DNA of 64,000 bases from Escherichia coli (GTDB taxonomy: Bacteria > Pseudomonadota > Gammaproteobacteria > Enterobacterales > Enterobacteriaceae). The DNA lies in assembly GCF_044324875.1 (NCBI RefSeq), contig NZ_CP172185.1; one strand, 5' to 3'. Within the stretch, counting starts at the first letter, position 1; each line of letters starts with the position of its first letter. The position numbers were made by a program, and so were the translations under genes. Below, in pieces: positions 48,548 through 57,962 of the stretch. The notes under the pieces were generated by a model. That model had not been told where the DNA came from and made no database searches. It worked only from the letters and a program-made list of their open reading frames with translations.

Positions 48548-50219
48548 ATCATTTTGGGCTTTAGTGTGGCGTTATCTTTTTTCTGCATTACGTTCCACGC
48601 TAAAGCCTTTACATCTGTGCTCGCTGTGTATCGCACTGGGTGTTCTTACACCTGTCATAACGTTATTCTGGCTGGCAACAGATGCAGACAGTTCGCAATG
48701 GAGCGGTTTTTTAACGTTTGTGCTACCTTCCGCTCTGCAGAATACCGTTATTCTGTTAACGGGTGTTGCTGTAATGACATGCGTTCTTGGTGTGGGGTGC
48801 GCCTGGGCAGTGACTGTCTGGGATTTTCCCGGCCGAAAAATGCTCAGCTGGGCATTAGTGTTACCTCTGGCCATGCCTGCCTATATTGTTGCTTTTGCAT
48901 GGCTCGATCTCCTGCATCCCCTGGGGCCTCTGCAAAATTTTATCCGTCTTTTATCGGGATTTGACAGTCCCCGTCAGTTTCGTCTGCCGGATTTGCGCTC
49001 CCTTCCCGGAGCGATAATATTACTCGGTCTTGTACTGTATCCTTATGTCTACCTGACCTGCCGACCGGTGTTTATCAATCAGTCCGCTCACTTACTGGAG
49101 GCAGCACGAACATTAGGTTGTGGCCCTGTCTCTGCTTTTTTCCGGGTAACGCTACCTCTGGCACGCCCAGCAATAGTGACAGGTATGAGTCTGGCCCTTC
49201 TGGAAACCCTGAACGACATTGGTGCATCTGAATTTCTCGGTATCCGGACAATCACAGTAACAGTCTACACCACATGGATATCACGCTCTGATCTTGCCGG
49301 TGCTGCACAAATTGCCGGCATAGTTCTGACATTTGTCTTCATGATTCTGGGTCTTGAATTTTTGTTCCGGAGAAAACAGGTATTCAGTAGTCGCAGTATG
49401 CGGGGAATACAACAAATCAGGATTTATGGCTGGCGTGGATGGTTGCTGTGCAGCATTACAGCACTGCCCGTTATTCTGGGATTTTGCGCACCTGTATTAT
49501 TCCTGGGATGGGAAAGTGCAAAGCGTCTCGGAGAAGGGATTACGATATCTTCATCATTGCTGTCAGCACTGAAAAATACATTGTTTCTCGCATCCGGTAC
49601 GACCCTGATTGTATCAGGGGTCAGTTTACTGGTGGTCTGGAGCGCACGGCACAGTGTACTGAACAGCCGTTTCATCGAATTCCGACGAACGGTCATGCAC
49701 CTGGCATCTTCAGGATATGCTGTTCCCGGTACTATTCTTGCTATCGGCTTTCTGCCGCCTGCAATGCTGGTTGATCACTGGCTCGCTGGTCTTCTTAATA
49801 TCAGCGGCCTTCCCCTCATGTCTGCAGGTATACTGTTAGTTATTTGCTGTGCGATTCGTTTCCTGGCCATTTCAACCGGAGCGCTTGATTCAGCCCTTGG
49901 TCGCATACCGCCGTCACTGGAACAGGCATCACGATTACTGGGAGAAAATGGCGCAGGGACTTTTGTCAGAGTTCATTTGCCATTACTTCGCCCTGCTCTG
50001 ATCAGCAGTGCGCTGCTGGTTTTCTCCGACGTGATGAAAGAACTGCCGACCACCTTACTGCTACGACCTGTTAACTTTGAGACCCTGTCCACACTCCTGT
50101 ATGCGGAAGCGGCACGTGGAACCTACGAACAGGGCGCAATTGCTGCACTGTTAATCGTACTTGCCGGCATACTCCCTGTGATTTTATTAGTACGCAGGCA
50201 AATGAACAGTCACCACTAA
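48531..50219 (+). CDS. Fe(3+) ABC transporter permease (FbpB/AfuB family, duplicated MetI-like domains)
   Basis: 562-aa multi-TM ORF. Two EAA-type loops (LEAARTLGCGPVSAFFRVTLPLARPA and EQASRLLGENGAGTFVRVHLPLLRPA). The TTG start at 48531 is uncertain. Confidence 0.85.
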   Translation: MGSINKSFWALVWRYLFSALRSTLKPLHLCSLCIALGVLTPVITLFWLATDADSSQWSGFLTFVLPSALQNTVILLTGVAVMTCVLGVGCAWAVTVWDFPGRKMLSWALVLPLAMPAYIVAFAWLDLLHPLGPLQNFIRLLSGFDSPRQFRLPDLRSLPGAIILLGLVLYPYVYLTCRPVFINQSAHLLEAARTLGCGPVSAFFRVTLPLARPAIVTGMSLALLETLNDIGASEFLGIRTITVTVYTTWISRSDLAGAAQIAGIVLTFVFMILGLEFLFRRKQVFSSRSMRGIQQIRIYGWRGWLLCSITALPVILGFCAPVLFLGWESAKRLGEGITISSSLLSALKNTLFLASGTTLIVSGVSLLVVWSARHSVLNSRFIEFRRTVMHLASSGYAVPGTILAIGFLPPAMLVDHWLAGLLNISGLPLMSAGILLVICCAIRFLAISTGALDSALGRIPPSLEQASRLLGENGAGTFVRVHLPLLRPALISSALLVFSDVMKELPTTLLLRPVNFETLSTLLYAEAARGTYEQGAIAALLIVLAGILPVILLVRRQMNSHH

Positions 50220-50234
50220 AGGAACCCAACCACC

Positions 50235-50912
50235 ATGTCAGAAATTGCCCTGAGTCTTAATGATGTTCATGTTGTTTATACCAGAAGCAGACAGGTCGTG
50301 TTACAGGGTTTTTCAATGTCCGTTCATAAAGGTGAACTTGTATGTCTGCTTGGCGTTTCAGGTTGTGGAAAAACAACCGTATTACGAACTGTAGCAGGCC
50401 TGGAACGATTACAACAAGGTGAAATATTCATATCACAACGCTGTGTAGCCGGAGCCGGAATTCATCTCCCCCCGGAAAAGCGCAGGGTCGGAATGGTCTT
50501 TCAGGAATATGCTCTGTTTCCCCACCTGACAGTAACACAAAATGTAGCCTTTGGTCTGCGCCATCTGCCTTATGAACTACAGCATGCCAGAGTCACTGAA
50601 CTTCTGAAAATGGTTGAATTATTATCCTGTGCAAAGCGCTATCCTCATGAACTCTCAGGTGGACAGCAACAACGTATTGCACTTGCCAGAGCACTGGCCC
50701 CGGCCCCTGATATTTTGTTACTGGATGAGCCATTTTCCAGTCTGGATAAACAAACCAGTGAATACCTAGTGAAAGAAGTACGGGACCTGTTACGTAGTTC
50801 AGGTCAGACAGCCCTGATCGTTACTCATAATGAATCAGAAGCACTCGAAATATCAAACCGTATTTGTATCATGACGGAGGGTAATATAAGTTCGGTTCAG
50901 TCTGTGGTCTGA
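50235..50912 (+). CDS. ABC transporter ATP-binding protein (FbpC/AfuC-like), short form lacking the C-terminal regulatory domain
   Basis: 225 aa. Walker A GVSGCGKTT, signature LSGGQQQR, Walker B ILLLDEP, H-loop VTHN. It ends about 25 residues after the H-loop. Confidence 0.85.
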   Translation: MSEIALSLNDVHVVYTRSRQVVLQGFSMSVHKGELVCLLGVSGCGKTTVLRTVAGLERLQQGEIFISQRCVAGAGIHLPPEKRRVGMVFQEYALFPHLTVTQNVAFGLRHLPYELQHARVTELLKMVELLSCAKRYPHELSGGQQQRIALARALAPAPDILLLDEPFSSLDKQTSEYLVKEVRDLLRSSGQTALIVTHNESEALEISNRICIMTEGNISSVQSVV

Positions 50913-51514
50913 GACGTAACCGCACATTCAGGATCCCCTGTTCGTCATGGAAGCTGTATTATGTAACTATATGGAGGCATAGCAGATATTGTTGAAGAAA
51001 TACATCAAAAACACTCACATTTCTGGTACAACAGGAGTTGTAGATTTAATGATTATTGGGACGAAGTTACTACAGAAAAGCTGTACCGGGAACAGGTATG
51101 GTAGTTCCTTGTCACGTGTGGATTAAATGAGCATAATGCAGATCAATTACAAAAGGCATTTCGTAATAGCTCTGTTGTTGATTCGGTTACCATGATGGCT
51201 GTGGCAAGAGCCACCATGTGACTATACATGATATAATTATTTGTGTGATGTTGTTATACCTGAACAACAGGCATGAGATAATGGAAAAAATTATACATAT
51301 AACTCGGCTTTCCCATACTCCACTACAGAACAGTATATGATTCTGAACATTTCAATCCAGGCGCATTACATAACTATATTACATGTAACTATCTGGCCCT
51401 CAAATCATCGAGAGAATTGTTTAAAGTCAGCAGTCATAATCTGAATATAGATCATTATCACATAATTTAATTCTTAATTCACTACATTTTCCCTTGAATC
51501 CGGTATAATAAGAC

Positions 51515-51576
51515 AGAGCACATGGCTGATGCTTTGTTTCGGTGTGGATAATCTGGTGGCGTCGGCTATGTGCTCT
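51515..51576 (+). repeat. long imperfect inverted repeat (19-bp stem, 24-nt loop) in a gene-less gap
   Basis: AGAGCACATGGCTGATGCT (51515-51533) pairs with GGCGTCGGCTATGTGCTCT (51558-51576). There are 15 Watson-Crick pairs plus 4 G-U pairs, and the G-U pairs exist only if the + strand is the RNA. Confidence 0.6.
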
Positions 51577-51720
51577 CAACAGTTAACTTATTATGAATAC
51601 TATTATCAATACAGGTTTTACATAAAAAAATAAAAAGCATCTCCTGATATCAGCCCAGTCTCTTTGGGCTAACCAGAATTATACATAAGCTATGCAGATA
51701 TTAATTTGCATACAAAACCA

Positions 51721-52203
51721 TTATTTTCTTGAGCACACTATACTAATGTATCCCAGAAGAGGTCCTGTGCATAATCCTGTTGCTGCCCATAATACAGCAA
51801 GTGAAATATCAGGACCATCTGTATCCGGATAAAATCCTCCATAATAAACAGCAAATACAGTAGAGTATGCATTGAATGCAGGTAAACTACTGTTCATGCA
51901 CGGTATCTGAAGGAGTAAAAGAAGAACATACACTGTTATTATTACTGATATAATGATTGCCAACATGGCAGAAATGTGCAGGGATATCATGTAATTTATA
52001 GCAGCAATACATAACACAGACGTTGCTATACCGGGAAGTAATGAAGCATAAATTTTCTTTAATATGTCAGGCGTCGCTCCCAGAGCATAGTACCATGCCC
52101 AGCCAATAAATATAGCCCACACAGGAATATTAATCCCCGGCCATGAAGCCAGGCATGACATCCCTGCTAACAGGGCTATGGTAAGATTCATCGGTAATTT
52201 CAT
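51721..52203 (-). CDS. DUF1097-like inner membrane protein (YcdZ paralogue)
   Basis: 160 aa, about 5 TM segments. Last gene of the carboxylase operon. Resembles YcdZ (26806..27297) in length and pattern. Confidence 0.7.
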   Translation of the reverse strand: MKLPMNLTIALLAGMSCLASWPGINIPVWAIFIGWAWYYALGATPDILKKIYASLLPGIATSVLCIAAINYMISLHISAMLAIIISVIITVYVLLLLLQIPCMNSSLPAFNAYSTVFAVYYGGFYPDTDGPDISLAVLWAATGLCTGPLLGYISIVCSRK

Positions 52204-52217
52204 TTCAGACGCACCTG

Positions 52218-53204
52218 TTATGAGCCATAAGATAATGAATTAATGAGAAGGTTGAGTCTTTCATTAAATTCTTTACGGATTTCCAGAGCTTTATCCATAC
52301 TGACTTGTGAAAATGTCACACTGGAGCCGGGTGCAAGTTGAGCCAGAATATCGAGATCAGTACTCACTACTGTCCCCACTGTCATATATCCCCCTCCTGA
52401 TACAGCATCCCTGTGCAAAACTATTGGTGTGCTTCCAGAGGGAACCTGAATTGATCCCACGGGATAACAGGCATCAACGATATTTGATGGATCTGAACCA
52501 GCACCAAATGGCGGGTGCCGATCAACAAAATTAAGTGAGCGCCCTCCCTGAAACCTGAAACCTGTTCTGTCTGAATCCTTACTGATCTTCCATACATCAT
52601 CAAAAAAACTTTCAACTGATTCCTGTTTCAGGCGATGGATATACATTCCGGGTACAACACGTAATTCATTTTCTTTAGTAAAAACTGGACGTAACTCATC
52701 TGGCAGAGTGTAATTTATACGCCCTTTATTACATATTGCTTCCTGTACGGGTAATTCATCTCCGGCCTGTAACCGACGTCCTTTATAACCACCAAGACTG
52801 CCAAGGAGGTAAGTAGAACGACTTCCGGCAATAACAGGGACATTAATACCTCCCGCGATGGCAAGGTAACAGCGTACACCCACCGTGGTGTATGCGATTT
52901 TTAATATCTGTCCTTTCCGGGCTAACAGGGATGTATTCACCGGAACACTCTGATTATCCAGGGTCACCGTAAAAGGGGCACCGCTGACTGCAAAAAGAGT
53001 ATCCTGCTCAAACAAGAGTTCGGGCCCCAGTAATGTGCATTCCAGCGCTGCATCAAACGGGTGATTACCGACAAGCAAATTGGCGGTAACTAACCCTGTA
53101 CGATCTAATGCACCGGATGGCGGGATCCCGAGATGATAAAAGCCTTCTCGTCCTCCGTCCTGAACGGACGTGGATAATCCGGGCGTCAATACTTTAATTC
53201 CCAT
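52218..53204 (-). CDS. KipA/PxpC-like protein (allophanate hydrolase subunit 2 family, AHS2)
   Basis: Track ORF to 53252 trimmed to ATG 53204. 328 aa. N-terminus VLTPGLSTSVQDGGREGFYHLGIPPSGALD parallels the PxpC/YbgK N-terminus. Confidence 0.85.
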   Translation of the reverse strand: MGIKVLTPGLSTSVQDGGREGFYHLGIPPSGALDRTGLVTANLLVGNHPFDAALECTLLGPELLFEQDTLFAVSGAPFTVTLDNQSVPVNTSLLARKGQILKIAYTTVGVRCYLAIAGGINVPVIAGSRSTYLLGSLGGYKGRRLQAGDELPVQEAICNKGRINYTLPDELRPVFTKENELRVVPGMYIHRLKQESVESFFDDVWKISKDSDRTGFRFQGGRSLNFVDRHPPFGAGSDPSNIVDACYPVGSIQVPSGSTPIVLHRDAVSGGGYMTVGTVVSTDLDILAQLAPGSSVTFSQVSMDKALEIRKEFNERLNLLINSLSYGS

Positions 53205-54078
53205 ACAGTTCTCCCAGTAAATTTTTAGTATAATCTTCAGGATTTTCTTCAAATGCGTTCAAATCAAAATTTACAGGCCTGATAAGTAATTCAAAATTAC
53301 CAGATTCCACATCACTTATACATTGATTATATTGTTCAGTATTGATCGCCCTGAACTTAATGATGTCCCCTGCCCGGAAAAACACCATAGAGTCTTTGAA
53401 ATATGATAATTTCTGTTCTGTGTCATAAATCGGAGCTGGTGTTATACCGAACAATTGATACCCACCTGCCCCCCGGACTGGATATATAGCCCCGAAGCAC
53501 CCGCCATGACCAACAGAATGTTTTGGTGTATCAGTTCTGGGAACAAGATATTTTGGAACCTGGATTTGCTTTTTCCGGTCAACCATCTGATACATAAAAG
53601 GCAGCCCGGCAACGAAGCCAACCATAGAAACAAACCAGGGACTTGAATGATGGGCCTCAATAAACGTCTGAACATCCGGATATCCGTTTATTTCAGCAGC
53701 ATACTCAAGATCGGTTAATGCCGGGTTTTGATGATTATTCCGGAACCGCATCAGGGTTTCATGAGTCCATGGATCATTATACAATACAGGAATTTCAATT
53801 ATACGTGTCTGTAGTGTCATTTCTCCATTCCCGGAGAGCACATTAACATTTCGTATCTGTTGTAACAAATCATCAGGGTGTATAATGTCGGGATTAAATC
53901 TTATCTGACATGATGCATTTGCAAGGCAAATATCGAGCACACCATTAATATTTAATGATTCTATTTTTCTCGTAAGAGACAAGCTGTGAAAAAATGCTTT
54001 AAGAGACATTTCCTCACTGACTTCGATGAAAAGATGCTCATCAGCACCAAATGTATAGCGCAAATTTATATCAGTCAT
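53194..54078 (-). CDS. KipI/PxpB-like protein (allophanate hydrolase subunit 1 family, AHS1)
   Basis: 294 aa. Cyclophilin-like core pattern (...EIPVLYN...GFVAGLPFM...GGCFGAIYPVRGAGGYQLFG...). 11-nt overlap with the next gene. Confidence 0.8.
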   Translation of the reverse strand: MTDINLRYTFGADEHLFIEVSEEMSLKAFFHSLSLTRKIESLNINGVLDICLANASCQIRFNPDIIHPDDLLQQIRNVNVLSGNGEMTLQTRIIEIPVLYNDPWTHETLMRFRNNHQNPALTDLEYAAEINGYPDVQTFIEAHHSSPWFVSMVGFVAGLPFMYQMVDRKKQIQVPKYLVPRTDTPKHSVGHGGCFGAIYPVRGAGGYQLFGITPAPIYDTEQKLSYFKDSMVFFRAGDIIKFRAINTEQYNQCISDVESGNFELLIRPVNFDLNAFEENPEDYTKNLLGELYGN

Positions 54079-54087
54079 ACAGGTTCC

Positions 54088-55449
54088 TCATTTAAATGCA
54101 CCGGTATTCAGCCAGTCTTCAAGCGTTTTATTATGAAACTGAGCATTTCTGAAAAACTCAGCTGATAATAATGCTTCATGAAGAGGTATAGTTGTATGAA
54201 CGCCTTCTATTTGCATATTACCAAGGGTCTCCCGGGCAAGACTTATCGTTTTTTCTCTGCTGTCAGTATGAATAATAAGTTTTGCCAGTAAAGAATCATA
54301 CCAGAGAGGCATCTTATACCCTTCAAACATGTGAGTATCGACTCTTATTCCCTGCCCTTCAGGTATCTGCAATACCGATATTGTTCCGGGACTGGGCATA
54401 AAACCATTGTAAGGATTTTCTGCATTAATCCTCATTTCAATTGCAGCTCCCTGTAACGTAATCTCATCCTGTCCAAACGACAGAGAGTCGCCCCCGGCAA
54501 TTCTCAGCATCCAGTCGATAATATCAATGCCTGTGACCATTTCTGTAACCGGATGTTCAACCTGAATCCGCGTATTCATTTCAATAAAAAAGAATTCCCC
54601 GCTCCGGTCATCGACCAGGTACTCAATAGTTCCTGCGCTTGAATAATTCAGCATTCTGGCGAGATTCAGTGCACTCTGACATAAGGCCTCACGTAGTGAC
54701 GCTGAAACAGAAGGCGATGGCGCTTCTTCTGTCACTTTTTGTCTTTTTCTCTGCAGAGAACACTCTCGTTCAAACAGGTGAACGATGTTTTTTCCGTCTC
54801 CAAGGATCTGAACTTCAACATGACGGGCTTCCGGTATATAACGTTCCAGATATACACCATCGTGCCCGAAAGCTGCTTTTGCTTCAGCACGCGCTACTGT
54901 ATATTCATGCACCAGCTGTTCCGGAGAATGTACAATCCGTATCCCCTTCCCGCCTCCCCCGGCCGAGGCCTTTATCAATAAAGGATATCCGGTAATATCC
55001 GATGCTACTGATAATGCCTCCTCAGGGCTTATAACCTCGCCATTTGAGCCTGGTACAACCGGGACACCTGCCTTTATCGCGCAATCTCTCGCGATTGCTT
55101 TATCCCCCATTTGCTCAATAATCTGAGGAGATGGCCCAACAAAAATAAGCCCTGCATCGAGCACCGCACGGGCAAAAGACGCATTCTCCGACAGAAAACC
55201 ATATCCGGGATGAATGGCCTGAGCGCCAGACTGAAGGGCTGCATCAATTATCTTCTTTCCGTCCAGATAACTGTCATCGGCACGGGATTTACCTATGACA
55301 ATAACTTCATCGGCGCTCTTTGCCGGAAGAGAATTGATGTCTGATTCGCTACATGCCAGCACCGTTTTTATATTCAGCTTCTTTGCACTTCGTATAATTC
55401 GTAATGCAATCTCACCTCTGTTGGCAATAAGCAGTTTTTGAATACTCAT
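54088..55449 (-). CDS. biotin carboxylase (AccC-like ATP-grasp)
   Basis: 453 aa, MSIQKLLIANRGEIALRIIRSAKKL...GYGFLSEN...EMNTRIQVEHPVTE..., collinear with AccC. Confidence 0.92.
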   Translation of the reverse strand: MSIQKLLIANRGEIALRIIRSAKKLNIKTVLACSESDINSLPAKSADEVIVIGKSRADDSYLDGKKIIDAALQSGAQAIHPGYGFLSENASFARAVLDAGLIFVGPSPQIIEQMGDKAIARDCAIKAGVPVVPGSNGEVISPEEALSVASDITGYPLLIKASAGGGGKGIRIVHSPEQLVHEYTVARAEAKAAFGHDGVYLERYIPEARHVEVQILGDGKNIVHLFERECSLQRKRQKVTEEAPSPSVSASLREALCQSALNLARMLNYSSAGTIEYLVDDRSGEFFFIEMNTRIQVEHPVTEMVTGIDIIDWMLRIAGGDSLSFGQDEITLQGAAIEMRINAENPYNGFMPSPGTISVLQIPEGQGIRVDTHMFEGYKMPLWYDSLLAKLIIHTDSREKTISLARETLGNMQIEGVHTTIPLHEALLSAEFFRNAQFHNKTLEDWLNTGAFK

Positions 55450-55621
55450 GCTCAGTTCCTTATATTATTTCTATGGTAGCCAGTACCTGACCAGGTTCCA
55501 CTTCCTCCCCATTCTCCACCTTAAACTGGATAGACTGGCCCCCTGAATCTCCAGACAACCAGTATCACTTAAATAAGTGATAGTCTTAATACTAGTTTTT
55601 AGACTAGTCATTGGAGAACAG

Positions 55622-55987
55622 ATGATTGATGTCTTAGGGCCGGAGAAACGCAGACGGCGTACCACACAGGAAAAGATCGCAATTGTTCAGCAGAGCTTTG
55701 AACCGGGGATGACGGTCTCCCTCGTTGCCCGGCAACATGGTGTAGCAGCCAGCCAGTTATTTCTCTGGCGTAAGCAATACCAGGAAGGAAGTCTTACTGC
55801 TGTCGCCGCCGGAGAACAGGTTGTTCCTGCCTCTGAACTTGCTGCCGCCATGAAGCAGATTAAAGAACTCCAGCGCCTGCTCGGCAAGAAAACGATGGAA
55901 AATGAACTCCTCAAAGAAGCCGTTGAATATGGACGGGCAAAAAAGTGGATAGCGCACGCGCCCTTATTGCCCGGGGATGGGGAGTAA
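55622..55987 (+). CDS. insC: IS2 OrfA (InsC)
   Basis: 121 aa, [29 protein letters not shown].... An A6G slippery run at 55939-55945 lies near its end. Confidence 0.95.
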
Positions 55988-56850
55988 GCTTAGTCAGCCG
56001 TTGTCTCCGGGTGTCGCGTGCGCAGTTGCACGTCATTCTCAGACGAACCGATGACTGGATGGATGGCCGCCGCAGTCGTCACACTGATGATACGGATGTG
56101 CTTCTCCGTATACACCATGTTATCGGAGAGCTGCCAACGTATGGTTATCGTCGGGTATGGGCGCTGCTTCGCAGACAGGCAGAACTTGATGGTATGCCTG
56201 CGATCAATGCCAAACGTGTTTACCGGATCATGCGCCAGAATGCGCTGTTGCTTGAGCGAAAACCTGCTGTACCGCCATCGAAACGGGCACATACAGGCAG
56301 AGTGGCTGTGAAAGAAAGTAATCAGCGATGGTGCTCTGACGGGTTCGAGTTCCGCTGTGATAACGGAGAAAAACTGCGAGTCACGTTCGCGCTGGACTGC
56401 TGTGACCGTGAGGCACTGCACTGGGCGGTCACTACGGGCGGCTTCAACAGTGAAACAGTACAGGACGTCATGCTGGGAGCGGTGGAACGCCGCTTCGGCA
56501 ACGAGCTTCCGGCGTCTCCAGTAGAGTGGCTGACGGATAATGGTTCATGCTACCGGGCTAATGAAACACGGCAGTTTGCCCGGATGTTGGGGCTTGAACC
56601 GAAGAGCACGGCGGTGCGGAGTCCGGAGAGTAACGGCATAGCAGAGAGCTTCGTGAAAACGATAAAGCGTGACTACATCAGTGTCATGCCCAAACCAGAC
56701 GGGTTAACGGCAGCAAAGAACCTTGCAGAGGCGTTCGAGCATTATAACGAATGGCATCCGCATAGTGCACTGGGTTATCGCTCGCCACGGGAATATCTAC
56801 GGCAGCAAGCCAGTAATGGGTTAAGTGATAACAGGTGTCTGGAAATATAG
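55945..56850 (+). CDS. insD: IS2 OrfB (InsD) transposase catalytic part
   Basis: 301 aa in the -1 frame relative to insC. DDE integrase core (…WCSDGF…WLTDNGS…ESNGIAESF…). Confidence 0.95.
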
Positions 56851-57058
56851 GGGCAAATCCACTGGATATTAGTCCCGGTTGTTTCAGCATGAATTTCGTT
56901 AAACTGCTTCATTATTTCAATCAACCCAATGACGGTACTCTCCTGAACAGTGTCACCATTCTCCAGAAACGGGGCACTATCAGGTGCTGGTTTCCGATAA
57001 AATACACCAGGTAAAGGTGAAAGAATTTCTGTAACAGCCATAACATCCTCCATGTATA

Positions 57059-57820
57059 TCAGTTTTGAGAATTTACACTTATGTCTGCCTCACGTAAGGC
57101 TTTATTTATTGCAATCAGAAGAGATAAGGCACCGGGCGTATCACTATGGACACAGACAGAAGAGAAATGAATGTCAATATCCTGATCTTCTACAGTACGA
57201 ACTTTTCCCTCCAGACAGGCACGCAGCACTTTTTTTGCGACATCATCAGGATTAAGAGGTTCAGTTCTCCGTATAAATACAATGGAACCGCTTTGATCAT
57301 AATCCCTGTCGGCATAAAACTCACAAATAACAGGATGTCCGATTTGCGTCGCTTCTTTCCAGATGGCACTACCATACATGCAATATATTCTCAATTCAGG
57401 CGCATAACTATGAAGCGTTGAGACAAAATGCTTTGCAGCATCCCGATCATGAGCAAGATGCATATACAACGCGCCATGAGGCTTAACATGGTTTACAGGC
57501 ACATTGTGTAATGTGGCAAATTCACGCAAGGCCCCCAGCTGATAAATCATGTCATTGGTGATTTCCTCTGCGGTGCAGTGAATATGACGCCGGCCAAAAC
57601 CAGCCAGATCACGATAACCGGGATGAGCACCGACAGACACACCACTGTCACGGGCGCTGATTATTGTACGGTGCATAATCCCCGGATCACCTGCATGAAA
57701 ACCTGTCGCTATATTCGCTGAGGAGATGTATGGCATAATATCAATATCCCGGATATCTCCGAGAGTCCATGCTCCAAAGCTTTCCCCCATATCAGAGCTG
57801 ATATCAATACTGCGAAGCAT
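57059..57820 (-). CDS. LamB/YcsF-family protein (PxpA-like, 5-oxoprolinase subunit A family)
   Basis: Track ORF to 57868 trimmed to ATG 57820 (GGAGGT SD). 253 aa, MLRSIDISSDMGESFGAWTLGD...HPGYRDLAGFGRR...VKPHGALY, typical of LamB_YcsF. Confidence 0.88.
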   Translation of the reverse strand: MLRSIDISSDMGESFGAWTLGDIRDIDIMPYISSANIATGFHAGDPGIMHRTIISARDSGVSVGAHPGYRDLAGFGRRHIHCTAEEITNDMIYQLGALREFATLHNVPVNHVKPHGALYMHLAHDRDAAKHFVSTLHSYAPELRIYCMYGSAIWKEATQIGHPVICEFYADRDYDQSGSIVFIRRTEPLNPDDVAKKVLRACLEGKVRTVEDQDIDIHFSSVCVHSDTPGALSLLIAINKALREADISVNSQN

Positions 57821-57962
57821 TAAAACCTCCGTCTGACAAATACGGTAACAGTATGTCATGTAGCACATTTGTTTCTTTATTGTAAATTATTATTTTTCTA
57901 TGGTAATATATTAAATTTATTTATAATTACTGTTGCAAAAATATCTTTATCAGGAAAATTTG

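Larger units (their letters stand above)
55531..56861 (+). mobile_element. IS2 (IS3 family), 1331 bp
   Basis: Ends TAGACTGGCCCCCTGAATCTCCAG... and ...ATAGGGGCAAATCCA match recalled IS2. 5-bp direct repeat CTGGA at 55526-55530 and 56862-56866. Confidence 0.95.
55460..57041 (-). pseudogene. biotin carboxyl carrier protein (biotinyl-domain only), disrupted by IS2
   Basis: The N-terminal part, 57041->56862 (MAVTEILSPLPGVFYRKPAP...LIEIMKQFNEIHAETTGTNIQ), carries the EIMK biotinylation motif. The C-terminal part, 55525->55460 (FKVENGEEVEPGQVLATIEII*), follows after the IS2 plus its target duplication. Joining the two gives 81 aa. Confidence 0.85.

Noticed and set aside
57821-57962. Possible LysR T-N11-A box in the divergent promoter region
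   Set aside because: The region is so AT-rich that many T-N11-A matches occur by chance. No clear dyad stands out.
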